DNA of 64,000 bases from Bispira polyomma (lineage: Eukaryota). Position numbers and translations under genes: made by a program. The stretch is taken from positions 56,234,001 to 56,298,000 of the forward strand of contig OZ287756.1 of the NCBI GenBank assembly GCA_965649765.1, in the 5' to 3' direction. The notes under the pieces are model-generated. The model made no database searches. It was given only the letters and a program-made list of their open reading frames with translations, and was not told the DNA's origin. Positions 60,530-64,000 of the stretch are shown piece by piece (within the stretch, counting starts at the first letter, position 1; the number at the start of each line of letters is the position of its first letter).

Positions 60530-61548
60530 AGGTTAGAGAGCTACCATCTTCTATACAATGTACCACATGTGGATGGGGAGGGGGTCGGGTCGTCATTTAA
60601 AGAAGATTAATTCAGATGACACAGCGATTAGGTTATCAATTGTGAGCTAACTGGTATCAAAGTTTGATGATAACATGTATGTGTGTGAGCGTGTATATGT
60701 GTGTCTGTGTGAATCACTCTAAAACTCGCTGTATATATTAAATATACGTGTGTTTGTACCTAAACTTTCTCAAGAGTCCATAAGACAAAAAAATCTATGT
60801 GCGTAATTAATATCAAAATATAGACGCCTCTCGAGATAACACTTAAGCCTTAAAATAGACGTAAAGAGATAACAACAAATTACAACATGCTGTAATTTCT
60901 GGAATAAATATCGGTAGGATTTTTGCTCTTTTTTTTTATCTAAAAGTGATTTGCTATTGCTATTAAAGAAAACAACATTAATATATGGCGGTGGAACACG
61001 TTACAAAATGATAGCAACATGTATAACAGTTTAACTATCCACAACATATCTGAAGTCTTAACCAGGTCTCAATGAATCTACATGCTGACCGACAATGTCA
61101 AACTATTATCTTCCGAAATCATCCGCAGAAGCGCCCATTAAGGCGATACGTCGAAATTTAAGAGAAACCAGGGGTGGGTGGGCAATTACGTGAGCATTGG
61201 CCGTTTTGATGTAGGATGCCAGCAAACAAGGTCAACAAACTGTGTCATACCCAAAACTATTTATTTGCGAGTCTTGTTTACGTCATAAACACTGAACTAA
61301 CATAATATTATATGGATGTATTAAACAAGGGAAAGTAGTTTTTATTAAGAAATTAATATATACATCACTTCTGGTACGTGCTTTTGTGTGTAAAATTAGG
61401 TGTTTAGCTTTTTGGCACATTTTAGGGGGTGGGTGATAATGCAAGATCGGGGTTTCCGCAGATAATTTCGGTAATACAAGTTATTTTCTGACATTTTCAA
61501 AACTGCCTGAAGGAGAGATGTAGTGATTTCCCATAATATTCTAGTGTA

Positions 61549-61771
61549 GTAAAGTAAGGAATCTAAACTTGGCCACCCTATATGAAATTTGCCACCCCTA
61601 AAATTCGTCACCTTTAAAATTTAAGCCAAATCAATACAAAAATGGCAAAAAATAACTGGAATTTAGGCAAGTAAAATTGCAATTTCAGCAAATATTACGT
61701 ACAATTCTACCAAATACATTGTCAAAGTGGTGAATTTCAGATCCAGCGGTGAAATATAGATTCCTTATTCT
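61549..61771. mobile_element. TA-flanked MITE; inverted second copy at 63519-63746
   Basis: agtaaggaatcta....ggccac / gtgg.gaatttcagat...tagattccttattcta. Confidence 0.75.
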
Positions 61772-62089
61772 ACACTCCCGAAAATATTGGCATTTGGCGT
61801 TCTATAAATCTCTTTAAAAAGGGCTGTTATTAGAGGGGGCATTTATTACAGAAAATACGGTTGATATGTGAGACAAATAACTTTTTGTTAAGTGTGTGTT
61901 GTGGTAAGGCCTTTCACCTTATCATAACAAGACTCTCCTGAAGTGGGGGGGAAGCTTTATTGATATGAATGTCAAATTTACCAGGTTGGAGCATAGGAAT
62001 CTAGGACAAAGGACAGGTTGACCATATCACGGTTTCATCAGTAGATAGATTAACATCAAACATCAGTCTTGTTTCTAGTTTGAAGTTAT

Positions 62090-62302
62090 ATGGGTTCAAT
62101 GTTACTTTTCAACAGCTTCAAGGTTATATTACACCCACCACATTTAACACTGGAAGAAACCAGGACTGTAAACCAATGGCCCTATTATATGGCAAGTACA
62201 TCACAAACTTCCTCACATAAAGGAACAAACAGGATTCAAACCCACATTGGTAAGAGGCCAGTGATTTTCAAGAGAAGGCTCCTAAACCACGAATCAACCA
62301 CG
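62090..62302 (-). mobile_element. tRNA-SINE copy
   Basis: ggattcaaacccacattgg B-box complement and shared body. Confidence 0.65.
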
Positions 62303-62895
62303 ATCTTCGCACATCTGTGATATACAGTAGAAACCTATATACAGTAACAGTAGACTCTGTGGAAGTAGAAATAGTGTAAGTAGAATTTAAGTATAAGTGG
62401 AACCAGTTTTTAAGGTCCCAAATTCAGAAAATGCCGTATTTTTGTAGGTAATAGTGGAACTTACCGACAACTTTAACCGTATCTTATGGATATTGGAGGT
62501 TTCAGTTATACAGAGTCTAGTTGTATATATTATCGTATGCTAAAGGGACCCAATGTGTCGGATTGATCAATTAATGCCGCAAAGTAGAAATTTCTATTTA
62601 AATCAAGAAAATGTTGTTCACTGATGCAAAATTTTCAAATTAATAATGAAAATTTTATAAACTGGTTGTTTGTTATGATTTGGGTTTAACGTTGACATTA
62701 TGTAGATCATATCACTGGAGAAAACCAGTGTAATACTTAAGTTGGTCAAGCTTCTACACCGGAAACCAGTGACCATCAGCAAGTAAACCAACCAACAAAT
62801 GGTTAAACAGGTTTTCTATTTACAACTTTAGAAAGAAGTTTTACAAATTTTAGTTCTAAAACCACACAATGAGATAATGTAATTCATATATATAT

Positions 62896-63018
62896 GTAAC
62901 ACCTAATTGGTGAGATTGCCCAATTCATGAAATAGGCAAGAAAATTGCCCAATTCGTGAAATGGGCAACTCACTTGCACATTTCATGAAATGGGCAATTT
63001 CATGGATTGGGTGTAACA
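62896..63018. mobile_element. Small palindromic MITE
   Basis: tgtaacacc.aat / attgggtgtaaca ends; internal ttgcccaatt(c)atgaaatgggcaa palindromes. Confidence 0.65.
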
Positions 63019-63328
63019 TCTATATATTATTTAGATGTATACAAACTCTATATTCCACTACAATGACATCTTCTCTCGAGCAGCAGAAAGAGCTAGACAT
63101 TCTTCTGAGCAGGGATTTACAAAAATAAGTAGCAAGTTACACTAATTTAAAAGACTTGTGCAGACAATTTGCAATTTTGCACTTTAGTATTTTTGGTCGA
63201 TCCGGCCCTAATTTGCTTGAGTTTTCCACCATTTTCTAAGGTGGAGGGAATTATGTACTCGCCGAAGCAAAAAGTGATTTGTAGTCTTGACACAAGTTGC
63301 GTTTAGTTATTAATATAATACACTCTTG

Positions 63329-63448
63329 GAGCGGTATTGACAAAAGGGCTCAAGCCACGACTTTGTCTTAGATCTAGTATAATATTTTAGCGCTAGATTA
63401 AGGAAATTAGGACAATATCTAGATTCAGCCTATTTGTAAATATCGCTC
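63329..63448. mobile_element. Short Harbinger-like MITE
   Basis: gagcggtattgacaaa / tttgtaaatatcgctc|ctg. Confidence 0.7.
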
Positions 63449-63518
63449 CTGTATTTTAGCATTGAAAATGTAAAATATTAGTTTGTATTACTTTAAGGGC
63501 CTCTCACAAGGCTACTTG

Positions 63519-63746
63519 TAGAGTAAGGAACCTAAAATTGGCCACGGTATCTGAAATTGGCCACCTAAAAAATGTCGTATTTTTGGTGGAATTGTGGGTA
63601 ATATTTGCTAAAATCAAGATTTTTGTGACTATTTTGCCTCACTTACCTAAATTGCAATTATATTTCACCAGTTTTTATTGATTTAGCTTAAATTTCAGAG
63701 GTGGCGAATTTCAGATACAGTGGCCAATTTTAGATTCTTTACTCTA
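63519..63746. mobile_element. TA-flanked MITE (same family as 61549-61771)
   Basis: tagagtaaggaacctaaaattggccac ... gtggccaattttagattctttactcta. Confidence 0.8.
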
Positions 63747-64000
63747 TATAGCCTGAAACCAGATGACCAGAGTGTACCAACAATGATCAATGATAAAGCA
63801 TACTTATGCTTATGACCAATGAGTGACCTGCATTTGGCACTGCCACATATGCACACTCACACACATACACACTCACACATACCTCTTAATTCTTAATAGG
63901 TTCTTTAAATAACAGACATCAATAAACACAACATTCATGAAGTCTGTGGAAACAATATGCTATTGTTTTCAAACAGCAGACACACATATGGTATATCATG

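Noticed and set aside
1101-62320. Remaining 60-130 aa ORFs in the track
   Set aside because: Low-complexity AT-rich intronic, MITE or SINE sequence, or antisense shadows of real exons and the LINE; no recognisable domains

Overview
AT-rich eukaryotic (metazoan) genomic DNA. The SINE, Helentron and MITE repertoire suggests a mollusc or other lophotrochozoan, but that is inference. Most of the window (1-54774) lies inside one minus-strand gene: an SLC4 Na+-coupled bicarbonate transporter of the electroneutral SLC4A7/8/10 (NDCBE/NDAE1) type. I could chain 11 core GT-AG exons in frame, from the N-terminal YVGLH/His-basic exon (54625-54774) to TM4-5 (1-216). The first exon(s) and the C-terminal half are not seen here. 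The ~19 kb between the two conserved N-terminal domain halves contains four symmetric phase-1 cassette/micro-exons, three of which are absent from the ORF track. They are a 27-nt microexon, a His-rich exon, and two exons that independently encode YxRRxSTPHAL with almost fully diverged synonymous sites; a third copy of that motif lies in the next constitutive exon. Three exons have their edges copied into the adjacent intron: an 80-bp minisatellite of decoy donors, duplicated donor and acceptor ends, and an inverted copy able to pair with the exon. The introns also hold a decayed L2/CR1-type LINE whose ORF begins with a signal peptide plus a 2A-like motif, tRNA-SINEs, many nested hAT, Harbinger and Tc1-type MITEs, a Helentron-like element carrying a 142-bp satellite, and several minisatellites. 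All calls were made by eye, without database searches.
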